Below are positions 12,846 through 24,349 of a stretch of 64,000 nucleotides of DNA, piece after piece. The stretch's first letter is position 1; each line of letters begins with the position of its first letter. Made by a program: the position numbers and the translations under genes. The DNA is taken from the NCBI GenBank assembly GCA_964016885.1, contig OZ024755.1:38254001-38318000 (forward strand), written 5' to 3'. The DNA comes from Eledone cirrhosa. Its lineage: Eukaryota. The notes beneath the pieces are model-generated. The model worked only from the letters and a program-made list of their open reading frames with translations. It was not told the DNA's origin and did not search any database.

Positions 12846-13232
12846 CATCATCATCATCACCGTTTTTACATCCGTTCTTCCACGCTAGCATGGGTTAGAT
12901 GGGTTGTCCTGTTGTGGGCAGTGTCCGGTCAGCTGACCTTCTCTTGTTCATATGGGAACTGATTCTGGCTTGATTTCTACAGCTGGATGCCCTTCCTAAC
13001 ACCAACCTCATTTACGGTGAGTGCTGGGTGCTTTTTTGCCGTGGGCACCTCCACGACCGCTTTGCAGTGGAATGATAGGGATCCCAGTCCCTATCATCTC
13101 ATTTCTACAGCTGAGTAAACTGGAGCAATGTGAAATAAAGTGTCTTGCTCAAGGAAACAACGCATCAAGAATTGAATTCACAACCTTTCAATTGCAAGCC
13201 CACTGCTCTAACCACTAAGCCATGCACCTTCA
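12845..13232 (-). mobile_element. SINE family A variant with longer tail
   Basis: Same head and core; tail CCCATGCTAGCGTGGAAGAACGG..(GAT)n. Confidence 0.85.
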
Positions 13233-13433
13233 CTATATATATATAGAGAGAGAGGTTCCCCACTGGATAGAACTGGTCATTCCGTATGGCCAACCTCGAT
13301 GTAATATTATGGAGAGCACTCAACGTAATGCAACTCACCCGCCTTCGTTTGTGTAGTTGGTGGTGCGAGTACGGAGTTAACTATTATAAAATAACAGGAG
13401 GCTGGGCGGGTGTAATTCCTTAAAAGGTTTATT

Positions 13434-13491
13434 ATACTATCATCATTTCAATGACCGGGTTCAGTATGAATCCGGTGACATCATCAGGTAT
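13434..13491 (-). ncRNA. Minimal type I hammerhead ribozyme in element 13255-13550
   Basis: ATAC-CTGATGA-TGTCACCGG..CCGGTCATT-GAAA-TGATGA-TA-GTAT. Confidence 0.7.
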
Positions 13492-13614
13492 TCGAAATAT
13501 AACAAAGGAATATAATAGACAAAATCCATGGGGCTGAAAATCAGAGACATGAGGGCGACTGGACATTTAGCAACTTCTACCCCGCTCGGCCGCCCTATGT
13601 GTGTGTGTGTGTAT

Positions 13615-13797
13615 CCTCGGTTCAATCGGGGGGGGGGGGGGGTAACCTCAGTAAATAAGGTACTCAATACATAGTGTATATACAATATTTAATATAGAAA
13701 TAGCTTCTACAGGGCTAGAACTGTTTCACTCGAAGGAAATCATCAGTGCTTTCCTGATGATTTTCTTTGAATGAAACAGTTCTAGTCCTGTAGAAGC

Positions 13798-13803
<6 letters not shown>
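13615..13803. mobile_element. Foldback element with opposed hammerheads (plus copy 13748-13797)
   Basis: GCTTTC-CTGATGA-TTTTCTTTGAAT-GAAA-CAG..CTG-TA-GAAGC; homolog of 2995-3210. Confidence 0.7.
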
Positions 13804-13837
<34 letters not shown>

Positions 13838-13868
13838 TCTCTCTCTCTCTTCCTCTCTCTCTCTCTTC

Positions 13869-13903
<35 letters not shown>

Positions 13904-14676
13904 AAAGAGAGAAAGAAAAGTTGGAAATGGAAATAGCACGGATCTGTTTTTCTTTTTTTTCTTCTTAGATTCGTCAAATTGACATTATTGAAAAAAAAAA
14001 AGAGTTTTATAATATATATAAAATATAACTGGTTTAGATGTATCAGTGTAATCCATCTTATCAAATGTTGAGTTTTACAATTATATATATATATATATAT
14101 AATTGGAAATCAGTAAAATCGAATCTCTGGCGGTTTGCAAGTAAATTCGGCCTACTTATATGAAGTGATGAGTTAGCAAAGCACTCGATAAGATAGGTCT
14201 CAGAGTTATAACATACGTTTAAATAGCTTGACAAATCGAACATTGTGGTAGGCTAAACTAACACACAATATATACCAAAGTAATGATAAAACTAATCAGG
14301 TTGAGAAAAATAGACCTGGACAAATCAAACAGGCGTTTGAAATGTTTCTCTGACTCCGAAATCAAATATCAGACTTACTTGAATGGCAAGGTCATGGTAT
14401 TGGTGACTGAACAGAGGACTCAGTTTATCAACAGGTTTTCGTTCTGCTTAAAATCATATATATATATATTCAGGTTTGAGGTTCACCACTGGATAGAGCT
14501 GGTCAATTCCGTATGGTCCATCGCAAATCCCGCCTAATATAGAGAGTACTCAACGTAAAGCAGTTCAACCGTCTTTGTTTTTGTAGTTGGTGGTGCTATT
14601 ACGGAGTTAAATATTATAATGAAATGATTTTCAGCCCCATGGATTTTATCTATTACATTCACGTATTATATTTCGA

Positions 14677-14734
14677 ATACCTGATGATATCACCGGATTC
14701 ATATGGAACCTGGTCATTGAAATGATCATAGTAT
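14677..14734 (+). ncRNA. Minimal type I hammerhead ribozyme in element 14478-14790
   Basis: ATAC-CTGATGA-stem II (ACCGG/CTGGT)-GAAA-TGATCA (palindrome)-TA-GTAT. Confidence 0.8.
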
Positions 14735-14844
14735 AATAAACCTTTCAAGGATTTACACAAATCCCGCCTCCTGTCATTTCATTATAATATATATATATAT
14801 ATATAATAAAGAAGAAATTAAAAGATGGTTAAAAGAGTTCCATA

Positions 14845-14914
14845 TATTTTATTATGCGCATTTCGGATACAAAATCAGCCTGGTACAAAAATTGTGTTCT
14901 CATCAGATAAAATA
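14845..14914 (-). ncRNA. Minimal type I hammerhead in foldback element 14805-15115
   Basis: TATTTTAT-CTGATGA-G..C-GAAA-TGCGCA (palindrome)-TA-ATAAAATA, with 8-bp stem I. Confidence 0.8.
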
Positions 14915-15110
14915 AGGTAACATGATATGAGGCATTATAATGCCTCATATCATGTTACAATTTTTGTCCCATGATGATTTTGTATCCGAAATGCGCATAA
15001 TAAAATATATAGAACTCTTTTAACCATCTTTTAATTTCTTCTTTATTATATATACTCCAGTTCTACCAACTGTTGAGTGCTACTTATCTGATATATGCAT
15101 AGTTTTATTG

Positions 15111-15179
<69 letters not shown>

Positions 15180-15369
15180 CAATAACCTACCATCATAATC
15201 TTAAGAACTTTTGTTAAGCTAGTTTCGAAACACCAAATAATAGTGAGAAAGTTATATATATACTAGAATGTTTTTCCATACACTGACATGTATGTGTATA
15301 TGTGTGTGCGTGTGTGTATGTGCATACATTTATATGTATGAGTATATAATATAAACGCGCAGACACAGA

Positions 15370-16000
15370 CACACTTACAAAAATACACACTCACATAACA
15401 TACATTCACACAAACACACACATACATTCACACAAACACACACATACATTCACACACACACATACATTCACACAAACACACAGATACATTCACACAAACA
15501 CACATACATTCACACAAACACACATACATTCACACAAACACACATACATTCACACAAACACACATACATTCACACAAACACACATACATTCACACAAACA
15601 CACATACATTCACACAAACACACATACATTCACACAAACACACATACATTCACACAAACACATACATACATTCACACAAATATACACACACATACATTCA
15701 CACAAACACACACATAGATTCACACAAACACACACATAGATTCACACAAACACACACATACATTCACACAAATACACACACATTCACACAAACACACACA
15801 TTCACACAAACACACACACATTCACACAAACACACACACATTCACACAAACGCATACACATTCACACATACACACACAAATACATACATACATTCACACA
15901 AATACATATATACATTCACACAAACACACACATACATTCACACAAATACACATACATTCACACAAACACACACACATACGTTTACGCAAACACACATACA
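15370..16000. repeat. CA-derived 20-22 bp tandem repeat
   Basis: CACATACATTCACACAAACA units. Confidence 0.9.
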
Positions 16001-16718
16001 GCATAGTTTTTTCACCACCCCTTCCTTCCTTTTACACACACACACATTCACGCAGGCAGCAGATGTAAACAGAGAGGAGTAGTATGAGGTAGTCAAACTA
16101 CTCCTCTCTCTTTACATGTTGTGACAGAATCTCAGAAATTTATATATAGATTAAATTCCATTCAAATTCTTGGTTATTTATTTTCAAAATAATTTGAAAA
16201 TAATTGACAGTGTCTTTCATTAAAAATATGGGTGGATTGGTGACTGGTTGGAGGAGATTGACAGGGTGGGTTAGGTGCATATTAGTAGGATTGGGACTAA
16301 TAGAAAATAAATCTGTTTCTCATCTTCCAGTTATTTTTAATAGAGATTGATGTTGTAGTTGTTGTAGTCGTTGTTGTTAAGCTTATACAGTCTCTTCTCT
16401 CCCATCTTTCTCCCTTCTCTTCTTGCCAGCTTCTATTGTGATAAGAAGTTTTACATAGAGAAAGAATTACAGGGTTAGTGCGTGTAGTAGGTAGTTGCAG
16501 CGGTGGTGGTAGTTGTTGTTGTGGTAGTAGTTATTGTTGTTGTTGTGGTTGTGGTGGTGGTGGGGTATCTCAGTTGTTTGCATAATATGAACTCAACATT
16601 GTTGCTAGTGATACTAGTTTTTGTGAGATAGAGACCTTATAGGCTACTTATATATGTACTGATACATACATGTGCATATATATATATATATTTGTCACAG
16701 TCCTTTATCATCTCCTCC

Positions 16719-17062
16719 ATGAGGCACATGGCTTAGAGGTTAGAGCATTGGCCTTGCAATCGAAAGGTTGTGAGTTCAATTCTCAGACCGCGTGATGTGT
16801 TGTTTCCTTGAGCAGGACACTTTATTTCACATTGCTCCAGTTTACTCAGCTGTAGAAATGAGATGATAGGGACTGGGGTCCCTATCATTCCACTGCAAAG
16901 TGGTCGTGGAGGTGCCATGGCAAAAAAGCACCCAGCACTCACTGTAAATGAGGTTGGTGTTAGGAAGGGCATCCAGCTGTAGAAATCAAGCCAGAATCAG
17001 TTCCCATCCCACCCTTGCAAGCAGGGAAAAAGCAGACGTAAAATGAAATGAAATGAAATGAA
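16719..17062 (+). mobile_element. SINE family A
   Basis: Full-length copy with (TGAAA)n tail. Confidence 0.9.
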
Positions 17063-17309
17063 TATAGTGTACGTGGCTTAATGTGTGCATAATTACATTT
17101 ATATATATATAGTGTGGGTAGTAGGGTGAAATACTGGTGTTGGTACCAAAGCAAGTACTCTATACACAGGCAGAAAAAAAACAAGGAATTTTTGTTTACT
17201 TATAAAAACATTTGTAGTGTATTGACCTGTTACTTGCGTTCCGCTGAGTAATGGCTCAAGGTCATTCATAGGAGTTATGGACAACAAAAATATATTTTTT
17301 TGTCACATC

Positions 17310-17401
17310 ACCAGTCTGAGGAGCAGATCGATACAGGAGTCAGGTCCATAACTCCTATGGGTCATCTTGAGTCAATCCTCTGCGAAACACGTGTAACAGG
17401 T
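17310..17401 (+). ncRNA. Type I hammerhead with long loop II, in foldback element 17110-17455
   Basis: ACCAGT-CTGAGGA-GCAGA..(about 50 nt)..TCTGC-GAAAC-ACGT-GTA-ACAGGT; diverged inverted arm at about 17190-17285. Confidence 0.8.
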
Positions 17402-17480
17402 CGATATGTAATAAATGTTTTTTTATATGTAAAGAAAACTTTTTTTTCTATTTTATATACATACATACACACACACACAC

Positions 17481-17850
17481 ATCATCATCATCATCATCAT
17501 CATACGTCTGCTTTTACCTGCTTGCAAGGGTGGGACGGGTCCTATTCAGCACAGCATATCTCCACTTGTCACGGTCCTTTATCATCTCCTCCGTGAACTT
17601 CAGCGATCTGAGGTCAGCTATCACGACCTCCGCCCATGTTTTTCGTGGTCTTCCTCTACTGTGTCTTCCTCTACTGTCTTCCTTCTACTGGGATTTCTTG
17701 GCACTTCTTTACCCAGTGGTCATCCTCCATGTGCATCACATGTCCATACCAACACAGTCTTCTCTCCACCACTTACAACTTATCTCTCTTATACACAGCT
17801 TCTCTCTCAACTCATCACATGTCCATACCAACTCGTCTATGCTTGGTCGT
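17481..17850 (-). mobile_element. RTE LINE 3' end with SINE-A-type tail
   Basis: Minus strand: LCWYGHVMHMEDDH..RGRPRKTWAEVVIADL, then CCCGTCCCACCCTTGCAAGCAGGTAAAAGCAGACGT(ATG)n. Confidence 0.75.
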
Positions 17851-17864
17851 TCACGTACATTGAT

Positions 17865-18205
17865 ATCATCATCATCATCATCATCATCATCGTTTAACGT
17901 CCATTTTCCACGCTAGCATGGGTTTGGACAGGAATTTTCCCACTTGAGGCAAGAGTGGTTGTCTTGCTCGCATAGGACTGTCTGGCGCGTTTTCTATGGC
18001 TGGATACCCTTCCTAACACCAACCACGTTTACAGTGTGGACTGGGAGGTTTTTACCGTGTTACCTACACGGCCACATTACAGCGTGGACTGTGTGTTTTA
18101 TTGTCGTGACACCTACACGTCTGGCGGGTTTTCTATGGCTGGGTGCCCTTCCCAACACCAACCACGTTTACAGTGTGTACTGGGAGGTTTTTACCGTGTT
18201 ACCTA
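17865..18205 (-). mobile_element. RTE 3' UTR fragment
   Basis: Homologous to 46856-47160. Confidence 0.75.
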
Positions 18206-18319
18206 TATATACATACGCACACATATGTATATTGATTAATGAACACATCAGTAATTATTTGCTCCCTGAAACAATCATAATTAACTACTACACGTTGTCT
18301 TATTTTCAACACTATACAT

Positions 18320-19010
18320 TTATATCATCATTTTACGTCCACTGTTCCATGCTTGTAAGAGTTAGGTGTGTCTTTTTCAACACAACATCTCCCCGCTTGT
18401 TGCATTCCTTTGATATCCATTCTGTCATGTGAGCTTCAGTGATTTGAGGTCAGCTCTCATGATTTCCATCCGTCTTTCTTGGTCTTCCACTACTGAGGCT
18501 TTCCTCCATGGGGATTACTTGGCACTTCTTCGCCCAGCAATCATTATCCATACACATCACGTATCCATGCCATCACAGTCTCCTCTCCTGCTCACTACAT
18601 CAAATTCCTTTCATACACAGTTTTTCAGTTCATCCATGCTTTGTCTTTTTCACACATTAATATTGCATATCCATCAAAGCTTGCTTGCCTCATTCTTCTC
18701 CATCTTTTGCATATCCTCTGCAGTCACTGCTCATGTTTTTCTACCATGCAGCATCGCATTTTGTACAAAGGCGTCATACAGCCGACCTTTCATTTGTAGA
18801 GAGAAACCTTTTGTTGTCAGCAGAGGTAGTAGCCCCTAAACTTCTTCCATCCTGTCTTTATTCTAGTTATTATGATCCGTGAGAACCCCATCCCTCCGCT
18901 GTTAATTATATCACCTATGTTGCAGAAGACATCAATCCACCACTTTTATGGATCCTTCCTGGGACCGGGGAAGGTTTATATCACTGCCATTCTTACAATC
19001 ACTTGAGACT
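18320..19010 (-). pseudogene. Decayed RTE reverse-transcriptase C-terminal fragment
   Basis: Minus strand LPLLTTKGFSLQMKGRLYDAFVQNAMLHG matches the RTE ORF at 45547-46767. Confidence 0.75.
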
Positions 19011-19119
19011 GAACAGATTGTAGTGGATACATTTTATCATGGCAGCAGCATGAGAAAGTTTGTATATGTAAATATATCATCACCATCTTCATTTTAAATC
19101 CATTCTTCTATATTGGTAT

Positions 19120-19735
19120 AATCATCATCATCGTTTGACGTCTATCTTCCACGCTAGCATGGGTTTAGACGGGAATTGTCCCACGTGAGGCAAGATTGGT
19201 TGTCTTGCTTGTATAGGACTGTCTGGCGAGTTTTCTACGGCTGGATGCCCTTCCTAACACCAACCACGTTTACAGTGTGGATATATATAATCATCATCAT
19301 CATCACCGTTTAATGTCTATTTGTCCCATTTGAGGTAAGTTAGGTCACTGTTTCTGGCTGTTTTTTTTATGGCTGGATGCCCTTCCTAACGCCAACCACA
19401 TTTACAGTGTAGACTGGGTGCTTTTTGTCGTGTTTCCTACATGACCACTTTACAGTGTGGGCTGGTTGCATTTTGTCATGTCTCCTACACAACCACTTTA
19501 CCCTGTGGACTGGGTGCTTTTTGTCATGTCTCCTACACGACCACTTTACCCTGTGGACTGGGTGCTTTTTGTCGTGTCTCCTACACGACCACTTTAGAGT
19601 GTGGACTGGGTGCTTTTTGTCGTGTCTCCTACACGACCACTTTACAGTGTGGACTGGGTGCTTTTTGTCGTGTCTCCTACACGACCACTTTACAGTGTGG
19701 ACTGGGTGCTTTGTGGTACCAACATAACTTTAGAG
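19120..19735 (-). mobile_element. Two RTE 3' UTR fragments, the second with a 48-bp tandem array (about 6.5 copies, 19396-19712)
   Basis: Unit CCACTTTACAGTGTGGACTGGGTGCTTTTTGTCGTGTCTCCTACACGA. Confidence 0.75.
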
Positions 19736-20335
19736 AGTAAAGGTGGTATGGGTAGAAGTGGAAGGAAGATGTATATATATGTGTGTGTGAATATATACAC
19801 ACACACCCACACACTCACTTAACACCCATACACAGCCACACACATGTGTATGTATGCACACAAGTATACTTCTTGCTTAATTGAATTGAGTTTAAACTTA
19901 AGTGAATCTTGTTAAAATTAAAGATGGTGTTGTTTCAGCTGTATTAGTTAAATCAGATAGGAAAGATATACATTTGTGATATTTAAGGTTGGATGAAGTA
20001 ATGGAGGTGGTGGTGTGTAGTTGGGGAAGTAATGGAGGTGGTGGTGTGTAGTTGGGGAAGGAATAACCTTCTGGGTAGTTAGTAACAATTATCTACTTCA
20101 TTCAGTTGGTGATTCACACCAGATGTAATCTGACTAACTCTAGATTCTCATTTGTTTGTAGTAAAGATGAAAGGTTATACTTTAGAAGAAATTCTCTGTT
20201 GTATGGTTTAAAGCTATGTAATGCCCTGGAGTTAAGCTTGCATACGGCCCTGGCGTAATATTTGTGATACAAAATAAAAAATTATTTGGGGGCCATTTGA
20301 ATATTTGCAGGCTAGTATAGCCCTCTCCCACTTTA

Positions 20336-20482
20336 TGTGAAGGTGCATGTCTTAGTGGTTAGAGCGTTGGGCTTACAGTCCTGAGGTTGTGAGTTTGATT
20401 CTCAGACCGGGCTTTGCGTTGTGTTCTTGAGCAAGACACTTTATTTCATGTTGCTCCAGTTTAGTCATCGGTAGAAATTAGT
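20336..20482 (+). mobile_element. SINE-A-related head and core fragment
   Basis: TTAGTGGTTAGAGC..GAGTTTGATTCTCAGACCGG..CTTGAGCAAGACACTTTATTTCA. Confidence 0.75.
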
Positions 20483-20514
20483 TTACCCAGGAATGGGTAA
20501 AACAGCCTCACTAA

Positions 20515-22355
20515 CCCACAATTGGTCAAGTGTGGTCAGTACAGCTACACCTCTGACATGACCACAGACCCAGTGTGGTCAGTACAGCTACACCCCTGAC
20601 TTGACCACAGACCCAGTGTGGTCAGTACAGCTACACCCCTGACATGACCACAGACCAAGTGTGGTCAGTACAGCTACACCTCTGACATGACCACAGACCC
20701 AGTGTGGTCAGTACAGCTACACCACTGACATGACCACAGGCCAAGTGTGGTCAGTACAGCTACACCACTGACATGACCACAGGCCCAGTGTGGTCAGTAC
20801 AGCTACACCCCTGACTTGACCACAGACCCAGTGTGGTCAGTACAGCTACACCTCTGACATGACCACAGACCCAGTGTGGTCAGTACAGCTACGCCACTGA
20901 CATGACCACAATTGGTCAAGTGTGGTCAGTACAGCTACACCACTGACATGACCACAGACCCAGTGTGGTCAGTACAGCTACGCCACTGACATGACCACAG
21001 ACCAAGTGTGGTCAGTACAGCTACACCTCTGACATGACCACAGACCCAGTGTGGTCAGTACAGCTACACCACTGACATGACCACAGGCCCAATGTGGTCA
21101 GTACAGCTACACCACTGACTTGACCACAGACCCAGTGTGGTCAGTACAGCTACACCTCTGACATGACCACAGACCAAGTGTGGTCAGTACAGCTACACCA
21201 CTGACATGACCACAGGCCCAATGTGGTCAGTACAGCTACGCCACTGACATGACCACAGACCCAGTGTGGTCAGTACAGCTACACCACTGACATGACCACA
21301 GGCCAAGTGTGGTCAGTACAGCTACGCCACTGACATGACCACAGACCCAGTGTGGTCAGTACAGCTACACCACTGACATGACCACAGGCCCAATGTGGTC
21401 AGTACAGCTACGCCACTGACATGACCACAGACCCAGTGTGGTCAGTACAGCTACACCTCTGACATGACCACAGACCCAGTGTGGTCAGTACAGCTACACC
21501 ACTGACATGACCAGTCCCAGTGTGGTCAGTACAACTACACCACTGACATGACCACAATTGGTCAAGTGTGGTCAGTACAGCTACACCCCTGACATGACCA
21601 CAGACCAAGTGTGGTCAGTACAGCTACACCTCTGACATGACCACAGACCAAGTGTGGTCAGTACAGCTACACCCCTGATATGACCACAGGTCAAGTGTGG
21701 TCAGTACAGCTACACCACTGACATGACCACAGGCCAAGTGTGGTCAGTACAGCTACACCACTGACATGACCACAGACCAAGTGTGGTCAGTACAGCTACA
21801 CCTCTGACATGACCACAGACCAAGTGTGGTCAGTACAGCTACACCACTGACATGACCACAGGCCAAGTGTGGTCAGTACAGCTACACCACTGACATGACC
21901 ACAGGCCAAGTGTGGTCAGTACAGCTACACCACTGACATGACCACAGGCCAAGTGTGGTCAGTACAGCTACACCACTGACATGACCACAATTGGTCAAGT
22001 GGGGTCAGTACAGCTACACCACTGACATGACCACAATTGGTCAAGTGTGGTCAGTACAGCTACACCACTGACATGACCACAATTGGGCAAGTGGGGTCAG
22101 TACAGCTACACCTCTGACATGACCACAATTGGTCAAGTGGGGTCAATACAGCTACACCTCTGACATGACCACAATTGGTCAAGTGGGGTCAGTACAGCTA
22201 CACCACTGACATGACCACAATTGGTCAAGTGGGGTCAGTACAGCTACACCTCTGACATGACCACAATTGGTCAAGTGGGGTCAGTACAACTACACCACTG
22301 ACATGACCACAATTGGTCAAGTGGGGTCAGTACAACTACACCTCTGACATGACCA
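20515..22355. repeat. 43/46 bp minisatellite with internal hairpin, about 42 copies
   Basis: Unit AGTGTGGTCAGTACAGCTACACCACTGACATGACCACAGACCC; TGTGGTCA/TGACCACA inverted pair. Confidence 0.95.
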
Positions 22356-22500
22356 AAACCAAAAAATGGTGGAGTTCAATCAGGGAGAGGATCCTCCGGT
22401 AGGAGTGAAAAGGCCCTGGATAAAATTGAATTGTAGCCCCTTTAACATGCCACTGGTCCTGTGGATAGGTCTAAAACAAATTCTGTGTGCATGTATGGTA

Positions 22501-22704
22501 TAGACATGTCAAACATGCAGCCCTTTACAAGCCCACCTACGGCCCCCACAAAGGTTTTTACAGTGCGAGCATGTTTTATCTTTGTAATATAAAATTAAAA
22601 AAAAATTAGTTGTAATGTACACAATTAGTTGTCATGTGTGGCCCTCAGACAACACATATGTGACCCATGTGGCCCCTGTGGGGACCCTCAGTTTGACATG
22701 CCTG
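22501..22704. mobile_element. hAT (Charlie-like) MITE
   Basis: TIR CATGTCAAAC / GTTTGACATGCCTG; flanks GTATAGAC / GTCTAGAC resemble an 8-bp TSD; reverse homolog of 29835-30188. Confidence 0.7.
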
Positions 22705-22873
22705 GTCTAGACCACATTAACCCATCACTTTCCCTTTCAGCTTTCAAGTATTCCAGAACCCCCCTTTGGCACTTCAGTCATTCACTCCACTATAGCCAAA
22801 AAAGAAAAAAAATGACTAGGTATTAAATTAAGAAAAATAACAGACCTATATGTATGTATACTTATATATATAT

Positions 22874-23172
22874 TGTAAAGTTATGTTGGTACCACAACAT
22901 CCAGTCCAAAGTAAATGAGGTTGTGTAGGTGTCACGACAAAAAAACACACAGTCCACGCTGTAATGTGGTCATGTAGGTAACACGGTAAAAACCTCCCAG
23001 TCCACACTGTAAATGTGGTTGGTGTTAGGAAGGGCATCCAGCCGTAGAAAACCTGCCAGACAGTCCTATATGAGCGAGACATGGTCATATGACCAATCTT
23101 GCCTCAAGTAGGACAATTCCCATCTAACCCATGCTAGCGTGGAAGATAGACGTTAAACAATGATGATGATGA
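22874..23172 (+). mobile_element. RTE 3' UTR fragment
   Basis: Homologous to 46856-47160, with (GAT)n tail. Confidence 0.8.
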
Positions 23173-23283
23173 TATATATATATATATTTGTCGATCAACT
23201 TTCGTCAAATCGGACCGATGAAACAATGTTTTCATCTTTCATCGGTCTTTCCAATTGCTAATACTATCTGGAGGCACACTATA

Positions 23284-23632
23284 ATGGAGGCACATGGCTT
23301 AGTGGTTAGAGCATTGGCCTTGCAATCGAAAGGTTGTGAGTTCAATTCTCAGACCGAGTGATGTGTTGTTTCCTTGAGCAAGACACTTTATTTCACATTG
23401 CTCCAGTTTACTCAGCTGTAGAAATGAGATGATAGGGACTGGGGTCCCTATCATTCCACTGCAAAGTGGTCGTGTAGGTGCCACGGCAAAAAAGCACCCA
23501 GCACTCACTGTAAATGAGGTTGGTGTTAGGAAGGGCATCCAGCTGTAGAAATCAAGCCAGAATCAGTTCCCGTCCCACCCTTGCAAGCAGGGAAAAGTGG
23601 ACGTAAAATGAAATGATGATGATGATGATGAT
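23284..23632 (+). mobile_element. SINE family A nested in a SINE-C fragment (23188-23657)
   Basis: SINE-C reverse sequence ..AATACTATCT resumes as ATCTATCGGTTGCAACTCCAGGTAGAA after the insert. Confidence 0.85.
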
Positions 23633-23655
23633 CTATCGGTTGCAACTCCAGGTAG

Positions 23656-23689
<34 letters not shown>

Positions 23690-23692
<3 letters not shown>

Positions 23693-24150
23693 AAAGTTCT
23701 ATTTAAATTGTTGGGATACAACAAGCAAATATTTTTATAACTGATATAAAGCACTCGACAAGTATTTGGAGTTGATATACGATATTAACAAATGGAAACT
23801 ACATTTATAAAACCATATTTATTTCATTATACATATTTCAAGGATACCATGTTAAATTATGGTATGCCTTCATCAGACAAAATACAATATATACCAGTTT
23901 TATAAATAAATTTTAACATACCCTTTCAAAATGCAACCGTTACTTTTGGAAGACATCAGGATATTGGATTTGTTTATCTTAGTTAGTCATTGTGTTACAA
24001 GGGTATGTTAAAATTTATTTATAAAACTGGTATATATTGTATTTTGTCTGATGAAAGCATACCATAATTTAACATGGTATCCTTGAAATATGTATAATAA
24101 AATAGATATGGTTTTATAAATATAGTTTCCATTTGTTAATATCGTATATA
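23690..24150. mobile_element. Foldback element with two complete opposed hammerheads (23820-23884 minus, 24040-24104 plus)
   Basis: Arms of about 150 bp (23775-23925 / 23999-24148). TATTTTGT-CTGATGA-AAGCATACCAT..ATGGTATCCTT-GAAA-TATGTA-TA-ATAAAATA. Confidence 0.85.
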
Positions 24151-24349
24151 TATATAACCAAATGAAAAAGATATATGTATATATATATCTTCATTCTATA
24201 TTTCCCTTAGAATGGTGAGACTAACCTCTGAAGTGTACCTGAGTCTCATGTGGTTTAATTATAATCAATAGTTTGTTTTCAATGATCAATTATATTTGAT
24301 TGATTTTTTTTTTTTGACAATCAATTACCTAGATTGATTTTGAGCTACA

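Noticed and set aside
20515-22355. CRISPR-like palindromic repeats
   Set aside because: No unique spacers, no cas genes, eukaryotic context.
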